Part shown: positions 49,386 to 58,342 of the stretch, in pieces | How the letters are laid out: every line of letters begins with the position of its first letter | Numbering within the stretch: the stretch's first letter is position 1 | Assembly (NCBI GenBank): GCA_016194985.1 | Contig: JACQAK010000150.1 | Location: forward strand, 236 to 64,235 | Origin: Bacteroidota bacterium | GTDB taxonomy: Bacteria > Bacteroidota > Bacteroidia > B-17B0 > Aurantibacillaceae | Length of the DNA stretch: 64,000 bases | Direction: 5' to 3' | The notes under the pieces: model-generated | The model's input: only the letters and a program-made list of their open reading frames with translations | Told to the model about the DNA's origin: nothing | Database searches by the model: none | Program-made: the position numbers and the translations under genes

Positions 49386-52331
49386 TTGACAACTATAACA
49401 TTATGGCTAATCTCCTATATTTGTAATATCATACATCCTGTCAAATATTTAATTCTTCTGTTATTTTTACAATTAACTGTAAAAAGCCAGGATCCTCAGT
49501 TTACACATCTCGATAAGTCTTCCGGATTACCAAGTAATTCTATTTACAATATATTTCAGGACAGTAAGGGATTTATGTGGTTTAGCTGCGATAAAGGGTT
49601 GGTGAAATATGATGGTTTCGAGTTCATCACCTACAGCAATAAGCTACAATCCAGCAAATCAGGAACCAACATACAGGAAGATAAATATGGCAGGATATGG
49701 TACCAAAATTTCGACGGGTACGTATTTTACATAGAAAATGACTCTCTTCATTTATTAAAACAAAACACTCCTATCGGTTATTTCAATTATGGAATAATAG
49801 ATGATCATTTATTTATTATACAATCAAACGGAATAGATGTTTATGATATTAAAACACTTCGCATACAAAAACATATCCGGATCAATACTAAAAAAATTGC
49901 CGGTACAATCAGCAACCATACTAACTATTATGTTTATAATGATACCGTGTTACATGTACTCAATAAAAAACTGGAAGATCACCCTGTCAAAATTCCCGAG
50001 GAACTAAATGCCAATGGCTACTCATATCTAATGAGTAGTGATCAAAACATTATTTTTTATTCAAGAAATACTATTCCCCTTAAACATTGCTTTACCATTC
50101 TCCATCATACTATCTCCCCTACGATTCCTATCGCACTGAACAACATACAAAGTGCCTCATTCACACATGATTCTTATTGGTTTTGCACCGCAAACGGAGC
50201 TTATCAAATCGATAAACATGGTGCTCCTGTAAATGGTACGATTCCTTATTTTAAAGATTACAATATAAGCTACGTATATAAGGATCGTGAAAATAACTTC
50301 TGGTTTTCTACCTTAAACAACGGGCTGTTGTTTGTTCCTGATTTAAAAACAACACAGCACTTTACATCTATTAATCCTATAAAATCCGTGCTTATCAACA
50401 ACGACTTATATGTGGGAGCGGGTGAAGGAAAATTATATAAAGTGAATTTAACGGATAAAACCATACACGAAATATACAAAAGTCCGTATAATAAGGAGAT
50501 CAGCACTTTATATTACGATTCTATACATAAAAACACCATCATTAGTAATAACGAAATTGAAATTCTGGATGATCATTTAAAAAACACATGGCATAATGTA
50601 GGAGCTTTAAAGGATCTTAAACTTATTGATTCTAACTACTATGCGTTTGCCATGTCTGGTACCTGTGCGCTTTATAAGCTCAATGTCAAAAAACATGATA
50701 AGTGGACAGATCTTTACAATAAATACCGCAGCACCAATATACCGTACTCAAGATTTATATTAGGCTCAAGGGCAAAATCCATAGAATATGATTCACAACA
50801 GAGCACGATCTATTTTGGCACCAGTCATGGCCTTCAAGCGATTACCCCAACCAACATCAGGGAAATTAAAATCGACACGGCCACTCTTTACATTAACAAA
50901 CTTTGTCGCTACCAACATGTCATTTACGGGCTATCATCAGGAGGTGACATCATTCAAATTACAAAGTCCACCACACGTTACTTACATCTTCCTTCACTGG
51001 AAAAAAACGAAGTAGTTATGTTTATCAAAATCTGTGACCATTATTTGTTTTTAACAACTCATCAAAATTTATACAGCATTGATTTATCCGAACCTAATAT
51101 CAGCTTACATCTTCAACATAAAATTAATTATGATATTACAGACATACAGTTATGGAAGCAACAGCTAATTATTATCACTAAAAATGGCATTATCACTGAA
51201 TCCTTAAACACAATAGGCCATCAGGATGTAAAGCCATTATTTTACATAAATACATTTCTGGCAAACTCAAAGCCCATCGACATATCCGGATCTCCCGATT
51301 TAAGCTATACCCAAAATAATATAGAAATCAATTATTCCATCCTCAGTTTCAAAACTGATTTCAATTTTCCTTTATACTATAAAATAAATGAGTCGCCCTG
51401 GGAAAAAGCCGGCAACCAAACCCGAACCTTAAAACTATCCGCATTATCCCCCGGCGATTACAAAATTACTTTCAGGCTAGGAGAAACAAGCCATGCAAAA
51501 TTCAAAGAAACCACGCTACGTTTCTCTATCAAAAAAGCATACTGGCAAACCTGGTGGTTCATCAGTATATGGATTTTGTTATTCGTTCTTTCCATTATTA
51601 TTGTTGCCAAATGGCGTATTAACGAATTAAAACACAAGAACAAGTTGCTAAATGAAAAAATTGAAAACGAACAGAAATATTACAAAACATCCTTAAAGGC
51701 CATCAAAGCTCAAATGAATCCTCACTTCTTTTATAATGCACTAAATACAATACAAAGTTTTATTTATAGCGAAGACAAAAAAAACGCCTCTACTTATTTG
51801 TCAAAATTCAGCAAACTTACCCGACTGATTCTGGAGATGAGTGAGAAAGATCAGGTAACCTTGTCTGAGGAGATCAGCACACTGCAATTATATCTGGATA
51901 TTGAAAAGGTAAGATTTAACGACGATTTTGAATTTTCTATTCAAATGTTTAATCACACGAGCATTAATCCTGATTTTGTGATGTTTCCTCCCATGCTCAT
52001 TCAACCCTATGTCGAAAATGCCATCAAACACGGGCTTTTGCACAAAAAAGGAAAAAAAGAACTACACATAACATTCGAAATAAAGCATCAATTACTACAT
52101 GTTACCATTGACGATAATGGTATAGGTAGAAAATTATCAGAAGAAATCAATTTCAAAAAAAGCCATCAACACACTTCCTTCTCTACCAATGCCAACGAGC
52201 AACGGTTTAAAATATTAAGCTTAAAAAATGCCTTGGCCAGTGTTCAAATAACAGATAAATTTGATAGTTTTGATCATTCATCAGGTACTACTGTTAATTT
52301 GATAATTCCGGTAACACTAACTCAAAAGTAA
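49386..52331 (+). CDS. Hybrid sensor: two-component-regulator propeller / Y_Y_Y domains plus LytS/YehU-type histidine kinase
   Basis: 981 aa with propeller-like repeats and one TM segment (WWFISIWILLFVLSIIIV). It has NPHFFYNALNTIQ (His_kinase PF06580-type) and a HATPase region. The start is uncertain because only a TTG is in frame. Confidence 0.8.
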   Translation: MTTITLWLISYICNIIHPVKYLILLLFLQLTVKSQDPQFTHLDKSSGLPSNSIYNIFQDSKGFMWFSCDKGLVKYDGFEFITYSNKLQSSKSGTNIQEDKYGRIWYQNFDGYVFYIENDSLHLLKQNTPIGYFNYGIIDDHLFIIQSNGIDVYDIKTLRIQKHIRINTKKIAGTISNHTNYYVYNDTVLHVLNKKLEDHPVKIPEELNANGYSYLMSSDQNIIFYSRNTIPLKHCFTILHHTISPTIPIALNNIQSASFTHDSYWFCTANGAYQIDKHGAPVNGTIPYFKDYNISYVYKDRENNFWFSTLNNGLLFVPDLKTTQHFTSINPIKSVLINNDLYVGAGEGKLYKVNLTDKTIHEIYKSPYNKEISTLYYDSIHKNTIISNNEIEILDDHLKNTWHNVGALKDLKLIDSNYYAFAMSGTCALYKLNVKKHDKWTDLYNKYRSTNIPYSRFILGSRAKSIEYDSQQSTIYFGTSHGLQAITPTNIREIKIDTATLYINKLCRYQHVIYGLSSGGDIIQITKSTTRYLHLPSLEKNEVVMFIKICDHYLFLTTHQNLYSIDLSEPNISLHLQHKINYDITDIQLWKQQLIIITKNGIITESLNTIGHQDVKPLFYINTFLANSKPIDISGSPDLSYTQNNIEINYSILSFKTDFNFPLYYKINESPWEKAGNQTRTLKLSALSPGDYKITFRLGETSHAKFKETTLRFSIKKAYWQTWWFISIWILLFVLSIIIVAKWRINELKHKNKLLNEKIENEQKYYKTSLKAIKAQMNPHFFYNALNTIQSFIYSEDKKNASTYLSKFSKLTRLILEMSEKDQVTLSEEISTLQLYLDIEKVRFNDDFEFSIQMFNHTSINPDFVMFPPMLIQPYVENAIKHGLLHKKGKKELHITFEIKHQLLHVTIDDNGIGRKLSEEINFKKSHQHTSFSTNANEQRFKILSLKNALASVQITDKFDSFDHSSGTTVNLIIPVTLTQK

Positions 52332-52382
52332 TTTTTACTAACCCGATATAATCTCCGTTCAACAAACATAGATATTTACATC

Positions 52383-53129
52383 ATGGCAAAAATTAAAGCA
52401 ATTATTATTGATGATGAGTTAAGAGCAAGAACCTTACTAAAAAATATACTGCAGGAAACCTGTCAGGATGTGAATGTCATTGATAGTTGCGAAGACCTTC
52501 CCAATGCTGTAAAATCTATCCGAAAATTAAAACCGGATTTGATTTTTTTGGATATAGAAATGCCCGGCCATAGTGGGTTAGAGTTATTGGATTTTTTTAA
52601 TGAAGACGAAATTACTTTCTCGATCATATTTACAACAGCCTATCAACAATACGCCTTAAACGCTATCAAAATAAATGCGTTCGATTATTTATTAAAACCT
52701 ATTGAACCGGAAGAATTGGTAAAAGCGATTGACCGTTTTAAAAAGAAATTTGAAAAAGAAACACAAAAGGATATTGATATCAGCTTAACAGCTAATAAAA
52801 TAGCAGTTCCAACAAGTAATGGCGTAAAATTTTTAGATACCAATTCCATCATATACTTAAAAGCCGACAATACCTACACAGAGGTTTTTTTGGATTCAGG
52901 AGAAAAAATCATTGTAAGTCGCACGCTAAAAAACTTTGAAGAAGCATTGTCTTCCAATGCCAACTTTTTCAGATGCAACAAATCTTACATCATAAACTAT
53001 GCGTTTGTTAGCGAATATGTAAAAAGCGACGGGGGATACTTAATCATGCAAAACAAAACAACTATCCCTATTGCATCAGACCGCGTATCTGAATTTCTGG
53101 AATTCAGTTCCATTGTGAAACGACATTAG
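52383..53129 (+). CDS. LytR/AlgR family response regulator (receiver plus LytTR DNA-binding domain)
   Basis: 248 aa. The receiver has IIIDDE...DLIFLDIEMP and the C-terminal LytTR region has FFRCNKSYIIN. Confidence 0.9.
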   Translation: MAKIKAIIIDDELRARTLLKNILQETCQDVNVIDSCEDLPNAVKSIRKLKPDLIFLDIEMPGHSGLELLDFFNEDEITFSIIFTTAYQQYALNAIKINAFDYLLKPIEPEELVKAIDRFKKKFEKETQKDIDISLTANKIAVPTSNGVKFLDTNSIIYLKADNTYTEVFLDSGEKIIVSRTLKNFEEALSSNANFFRCNKSYIINYAFVSEYVKSDGGYLIMQNKTTIPIASDRVSEFLEFSSIVKRH

Positions 53130-53156
53130 TGTTTCTTCTCTTTTATTTTAAACGAT

Positions 53157-54533
53157 TTATAATCGGAATAATACCGCAAAAATAATTCGGTCATCCGATT
53201 TTACCAGATCCGGTTTCCAATCTGCCGGCAAATTGGTGGTTGTATATCCACTTGGCGATGTAACACCTCCATGGCCTGCAAAATAATTCACACTGGATTC
53301 TCTGTGCACATACTCTAATCTAAACGCAATATGTTGATTTGGCATCCAATCAATATTGGTAGAACAATCAAATCCTGAAAAAGGATCGCCAGGGTTAGCA
53401 CTATAAGGATACGCTCCGGCAGTTTGTGTAGGATTATTAGGGTTTGGCAAAGAACTGGCCTGACCCGGTGGTAAAAGCACCAAATAACGTCCGGGATTAT
53501 TCATATACCCTCCGCCAAATGTCCAGGCAAAATGATTTTTAGCAAACCATGTACGATGATAAAACATAAGACTCACAAAATACTGAGCAGGTCCATGAAT
53601 AGAATCCCCGTTCTTCAATCCGTTTACACCTCCGCCTTTTTCAAAACCAAAATCTCCTGTAAAAGAAAAAGCCATCTTGCTAATGCCCCTGGATGCAGGA
53701 CGATTAAAATAACGCACCAAGAGGCTATTATCCGAATGAAACCGTTTTCGTTGAGGAATACCTGCCGCATCAGCACCATAATAATCATTTGTCAGCATTT
53801 TTACATTCTCATTCGGGCACCAGGTAATATTACCACCCACTCCCGGTTGGTGATTATACATGCCATAGCTTTGCCAGCCATTAATGATCCATGGCTCTAT
53901 TTTCAATTTTTTGGTAGCGAAAATCTGTAGTCTTATCCCATTAAAAAACCAGGGTGTATTATCAGAGGTAAATGAAGCCTGATATTCCCAGTTTTCAACC
54001 TGATAATACGAGTTTAAGCCCAGATAAGACATAAACATACCGGCATCAATATTAATTCCGTGCAGCACATTAAAATGATAACCCGCATTAGCTTCTGCCA
54101 GGTAGCGGTACATATCAGCCAATTGATACTGTCCTTTATACACGCTATAATCATTTCTTGGTATCAATGATGAACGGGTTCCAAACTGCGTAACAACATG
54201 GGCACGGGCATTTCTGTAAGTAAAATCGCCGCCCAGATGCACCGCCGAAACTTCCATTTCATTATTTCGGGCAATGGCCGTAGATCCTACAACCGTATTA
54301 TCAATAGGGTCATTAAAATCATATGAGTAATTGGCATCTACCATCACTGTTGGCGTAAAATATTTACCTGCCAAAGTCGGTTTCGATCTTCTGTCTCCTC
54401 CATTCCACCAACTACAATCCATGCCGTCAAGTGGTTCGCCCTTTTGTTTATTGAATAATTCAGTAGTATCTTCCTGCGAAATGGCGGGTAAAGACAACCC
54501 AAACAGAAATAAAAACGTTGAAATTTTTTTCAT
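53157..54533 (-). CDS. Outer-membrane beta-barrel (porin-like) protein
   Basis: The start is taken at MKKISTFLFLFGLSLPAISQ (54533). The protein is about 458 aa and rich in alternating aromatic/Gly strand patterns. Confidence 0.6.
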   Translation of the reverse strand: MKKISTFLFLFGLSLPAISQEDTTELFNKQKGEPLDGMDCSWWNGGDRRSKPTLAGKYFTPTVMVDANYSYDFNDPIDNTVVGSTAIARNNEMEVSAVHLGGDFTYRNARAHVVTQFGTRSSLIPRNDYSVYKGQYQLADMYRYLAEANAGYHFNVLHGINIDAGMFMSYLGLNSYYQVENWEYQASFTSDNTPWFFNGIRLQIFATKKLKIEPWIINGWQSYGMYNHQPGVGGNITWCPNENVKMLTNDYYGADAAGIPQRKRFHSDNSLLVRYFNRPASRGISKMAFSFTGDFGFEKGGGVNGLKNGDSIHGPAQYFVSLMFYHRTWFAKNHFAWTFGGGYMNNPGRYLVLLPPGQASSLPNPNNPTQTAGAYPYSANPGDPFSGFDCSTNIDWMPNQHIAFRLEYVHRESSVNYFAGHGGVTSPSGYTTTNLPADWKPDLVKSDDRIIFAVLFRL

Positions 54534-54671
54534 GCAAAAACTGGTTTTTTGTCGCAACAAAAATATCAATTATTCCATAAATCTCAGGCAAATATTTGGA
54601 TAATCATAGAAGGACAAATGAGAAGAAATCCTTATGAATCAAAAATCGTATGGTATCAGTAATCGGTGAAA

Positions 54672-55662
54672 TTATCCCCTTTCTTTTTTCATAGGAGAAA
54701 AAGCCAGAGGGTTAGAGGAGATCTCTTCTAATAACTGTCTTTTTCTATAGACATCGATCGCCATGTAAAGTGCTTCTCTGAACGATGACTCATCGGCAAT
54801 TTGTTTCCCGGCAATATCATACGCCGTTCCATGATCCGGAGAGGTACGGACAAAATTTAATCCTGCCGTAAAATTAACGCCCCCGCCAAATGCCAGTGTT
54901 TTAAAAGGAATTAATCCTTGATCATGATACATGGCTAATACACCATCAAACTGGGATTGTGTATTATTTCCAAAAAAACCGTCTGCCGAATAGGGTCCGT
55001 AAACCATCATGGTTTCTTTGGCCTTATGAATAGCCGGTATGATCGATTTTATTTCTTCATCGCCAATAGCACCATTCTCACCCGTATGAGGGTTTAATCC
55101 CAATACAGCGATCTTTGGTTTACGAATACCGAAATCTTTTATCAATGAAGCATGCAATTGATTTATTTTAGACAATACATTTTCAGTGGTGATATGCTGT
55201 GAAATATTTTTGACAGGAACGTGCCCTGTAACCTAAATATTCTGTATGTCCGGGATAATTAAATCCTGCTTCCTGCATGCTGTGCTTATTGATAGGTGCT
55301 GTTACCAACACGTCTATTTTCTTATCCAATAAGGCCTGTGTAGCTGCTTCTAACGACAGCTTCGCGTATTTGCCACTCAAGGTAGTGGGTTTACCCATTT
55401 CTATCGTTACTTCTTCTTCGTAACAAATAAACACATTGGGTTTTTTCGTGTGGACCTGATTAAAATCTCTCAGGGGATTAAAATTGAATTCTTCCAGATT
55501 CAACATCTTTCTGAAATACGATACCGTTTTTTGAGAGCTGAATAATACCGGAACGCAGATTTCTGCCAAACCCGGCTCCGACAATGTTTTTAAAATAATT
55601 TCCAATCCTATTCCGTTTAGATCTCCCTGAGATATCCCTACTACTATTTTATTTTCTACCAT
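54672..55662 (-). pseudogene. pdxA: 4-hydroxythreonine-4-phosphate dehydrogenase, disrupted by an internal out-of-frame deletion
   Basis: The N-terminal ORF (55183-55662) reads ...APINKHSMQEAGFNYPGHTEYLG and then nonsense up to a TGA. The second frame opens at 55232 with VTGHVPVKNISQHIT...IAVLGLNPHTGENG...HDQGL...SPDHGTA. The conserved block between GHTE and the T/G-H-x-P motif is absent. Confidence 0.75.
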
Positions 55663-55665
55663 AAT

Positions 55666-56772
55666 TTATTTTTTTATCCACCCTACCAAAGAAGCTACTT
55701 CTTCAGCATCAATAGTTTCCCATTTTAATTTGGACACGTTAAATACCCATAATCCCTGTTGATAAGACTCATCGCCCATCACAATTTCTTTTACCAATGC
55801 GGCATAGTTTGCAGAAGTTTTAAAGTTCTGTATTTCAAAATGATTTCTTCCAATATCTTTTCCTTTATAATAAATAGCTCTGCCTGTTGATTTCGGTTCT
55901 ACCTCAATCGAAAAATTTTTATCTACTTCTTTAAAGTTAGATAAAAGCATGGTCTCTTTAGTTGGATTGATACAATATAATTTATTCTTAAAATAAAACT
56001 CTATATAACAGTCAATGCTATTTACTAATTGGTAAGTAGCCGGAACGTTAGCTGTTGAATTAAATGTACCAATCACTTTGGAAGTTTTGGTAGATATATC
56101 ATATTTCACAATACTTCCTTCCAAATCCGTGATTTTTATATTAGGAAAGATAAAGGTATTATTATCTATCCAATAAATAGGAATATCCGTTTTTTTATCT
56201 TTAGAGCTTACACCTCCGTGTCCGGCATCTTCCATCAGCACAACCTTTGGTTTGTTTTGAGGGTAATATAACAACTTATAAGGCGATTTGGTTCGATCAA
56301 ACTCCACATCCTGGCCTTTGATAGCTTTAAAGGTTAACGATTTGATTTCCGAATACGTATTTGTATTCACATCAAAGTAGGCATAATACTTTCCTTTAAA
56401 GATATCATTAACAAAAAAGATAATACTATCGTTTGAGCAACGCACCAATTTTCCGGTGCCATCGTATACTACTTTTTTTTCTTTCAGATCAATCACATTT
56501 CCTATTCCCGACACCAAATAGCGGTCTTTGTACAACGTGTTTTCGCCCTTATCACAGCGCACGTAGTCTTTGTTGTCTTTTCGGCCAACTACAGATAGTA
56601 ATTCTTCCCGGCCTGCATACACGTTGTTTATAAAGTTATAGCGGTAAATCAACTGACCAAGATTAGCTTTATTGGCTGCGTCATAATGCACTACAATCAA
56701 GGATTCGCCGGTATTAGTTTGGGCATAACTCCACACCGAACAAAATAACATGATATGTAGTAAAAATTTCAA
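55666..56772 (-). CDS. Secreted hypothetical protein
   Basis: 368 aa with signal peptide ending WSYAQ. No family is recognised. It is packed 3 nt from each of its neighbours, pepA and pdxA. Confidence 0.6.
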   Translation of the reverse strand: MKFLLHIMLFCSVWSYAQTNTGESLIVVHYDAANKANLGQLIYRYNFINNVYAGREELLSVVGRKDNKDYVRCDKGENTLYKDRYLVSGIGNVIDLKEKKVVYDGTGKLVRCSNDSIIFFVNDIFKGKYYAYFDVNTNTYSEIKSLTFKAIKGQDVEFDRTKSPYKLLYYPQNKPKVVLMEDAGHGGVSSKDKKTDIPIYWIDNNTFIFPNIKITDLEGSIVKYDISTKTSKVIGTFNSTANVPATYQLVNSIDCYIEFYFKNKLYCINPTKETMLLSNFKEVDKNFSIEVEPKSTGRAIYYKGKDIGRNHFEIQNFKTSANYAALVKEIVMGDESYQQGLWVFNVSKLKWETIDAEEVASLVGWIKK

Positions 56773-56775
56773 TCT

Positions 56776-58209
56776 CTATAAATTAGAAAAGAAATCAAAT
56801 AATAATCTGACACCGTAACCGGTTCCGCCTTTTCCTCTGTAGCTGTCTTTCCCCGTAACAAAAGCAGGTCCTGCAATATCAAAATGCATGTAAGGGTAAT
56901 CGGTATATTTTACTAAAAACTTTCCGGCTGTGATAGCCCCGCCGTATGGCCCGCCTAAATTCTTTTGATCAGCTATATCCGATTTTAATAACTCATCGTA
57001 TTCATCCCAGAATGGAAATTCAGCCAAGCGCTCATGCATACGCAATCCGCTCACTGTTAGTTTTGTCTTTTGCTCATCAGTTGCTGTTCCCATACTCACA
57101 ATACCATACTGACCAACTGCTGCTGCTGCTGCACCGGTTAACGTAGATAGTTCAATAGCCATTTCCGGGTTATAGCGTTTGGCATAATGCAAGGCATCTG
57201 CTAAAATCATACGACCTTCTGCATCAGAGTTCAGCATTTCCACGGTACTTCCATCCATCATGGTAATGATATCTCCGGGCGCAAAGGCATTAAAGCCCGG
57301 GCGGTTATCTGTTGAAGGAACCAGAGCAATTACATGAACATTTAATTTTGCCTTGGCAATGGCGTACATCGTACAGCCAACTGCTGCTGCTCCGGCCATA
57401 TCACACTTCATTAAATCCATACTGTTGGGTGTTGGCTTTAAACTTAACCCACCGGTATCGTATACCACCCCTTTACCTACCAACACATAAGGCTTTTTGT
57501 TTTTGGCATTCTTTGGTTTGTATTCCATCACCGAAAACGTTGGTGGATCAACACTTCCCTGATTAACAGCCAGTAAGCCTCCCATTTTTAATTGTTTGAT
57601 CTTGGCTTTATTGAACACTTCTACTTTAAAACCAGCCTGTTTTCCCATAGCTTTAAAAGCATCAGCCAAATCAGAGGCATTCAAAACATTTACCGGCTCA
57701 TTCACCAGATCCCGTGCTTTTAACGTTGCATCAATAGCAATCGATAAATTAGACAGTTGATCTGTTGTTGCTTTTGTATCTACCACATGAATCGTTGATA
57801 ATGTATTGGCATTCTTTTTAGCACTCGGCTTATGTTTGATAAACTGATAATTTGCCAGTGCCATTCCTTCTGCTAATGCCAGCGAGTAGTCGGAGTTACT
57901 TAATTCGTTAACGATGGAAACGGCGGCACGCTTTTCGGTATTAATGCTGTCGGTTAAAGTGGCTCCGTGTTTACGAAGACTTTCCAAAGAGGTATAATGA
58001 TTTTTTTTCTCGTCTACAATGATCACGCATACAAATCGTGACAAGGTATTGATACAAACAAATTTTTTATCATGGGTTTTAATATCATGAGCGATATAGT
58101 CGGCTTGTTCTTTTGTAAGAGAATAGTCTGCTTTATTTTTAAATGAAGAGCAAATGATAGCTAAACTGTGTTTGCTATCTGCCTGAGATTTTTTAGATAT
58201 AGATGTCAT
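56776..58209 (-). CDS. pepA: Leucyl aminopeptidase (M17 family)
   Basis: Motifs VGKGVVYDTGG, MKCDMAGAA and NSDAEGRMILADAL are present. The ATG at 58209 is preferred, and the track TTG at 58233 is an alternative start. Confidence 0.9.
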   Translation of the reverse strand: MTSISKKSQADSKHSLAIICSSFKNKADYSLTKEQADYIAHDIKTHDKKFVCINTLSRFVCVIIVDEKKNHYTSLESLRKHGATLTDSINTEKRAAVSIVNELSNSDYSLALAEGMALANYQFIKHKPSAKKNANTLSTIHVVDTKATTDQLSNLSIAIDATLKARDLVNEPVNVLNASDLADAFKAMGKQAGFKVEVFNKAKIKQLKMGGLLAVNQGSVDPPTFSVMEYKPKNAKNKKPYVLVGKGVVYDTGGLSLKPTPNSMDLMKCDMAGAAAVGCTMYAIAKAKLNVHVIALVPSTDNRPGFNAFAPGDIITMMDGSTVEMLNSDAEGRMILADALHYAKRYNPEMAIELSTLTGAAAAAVGQYGIVSMGTATDEQKTKLTVSGLRMHERLAEFPFWDEYDELLKSDIADQKNLGGPYGGAITAGKFLVKYTDYPYMHFDIAGPAFVTGKDSYRGKGGTGYGVRLLFDFFSNL

Positions 58210-58284
58210 ACATGCGAATTTACTAAAAATCAACGATTTGGTAAAACAAGGCTCATGTTTTATTAACCAAAGTATGCTAAAAAC

Positions 58285-58320
58285 AAAAAAGCCGTCCTGC
58301 TATTTAGCGGACGGCTTTTT
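58285..58320. terminator. Intrinsic terminator after recQ (bidirectional form)
   Basis: The hairpin gccgtcc-tgctatttagc-ggacggc is flanked by A6 and T5 runs. It lies about 25 nt past the recQ stop. Confidence 0.75.
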
Positions 58321-58342
58321 CAGAACAAAAAACTTAAAAACA

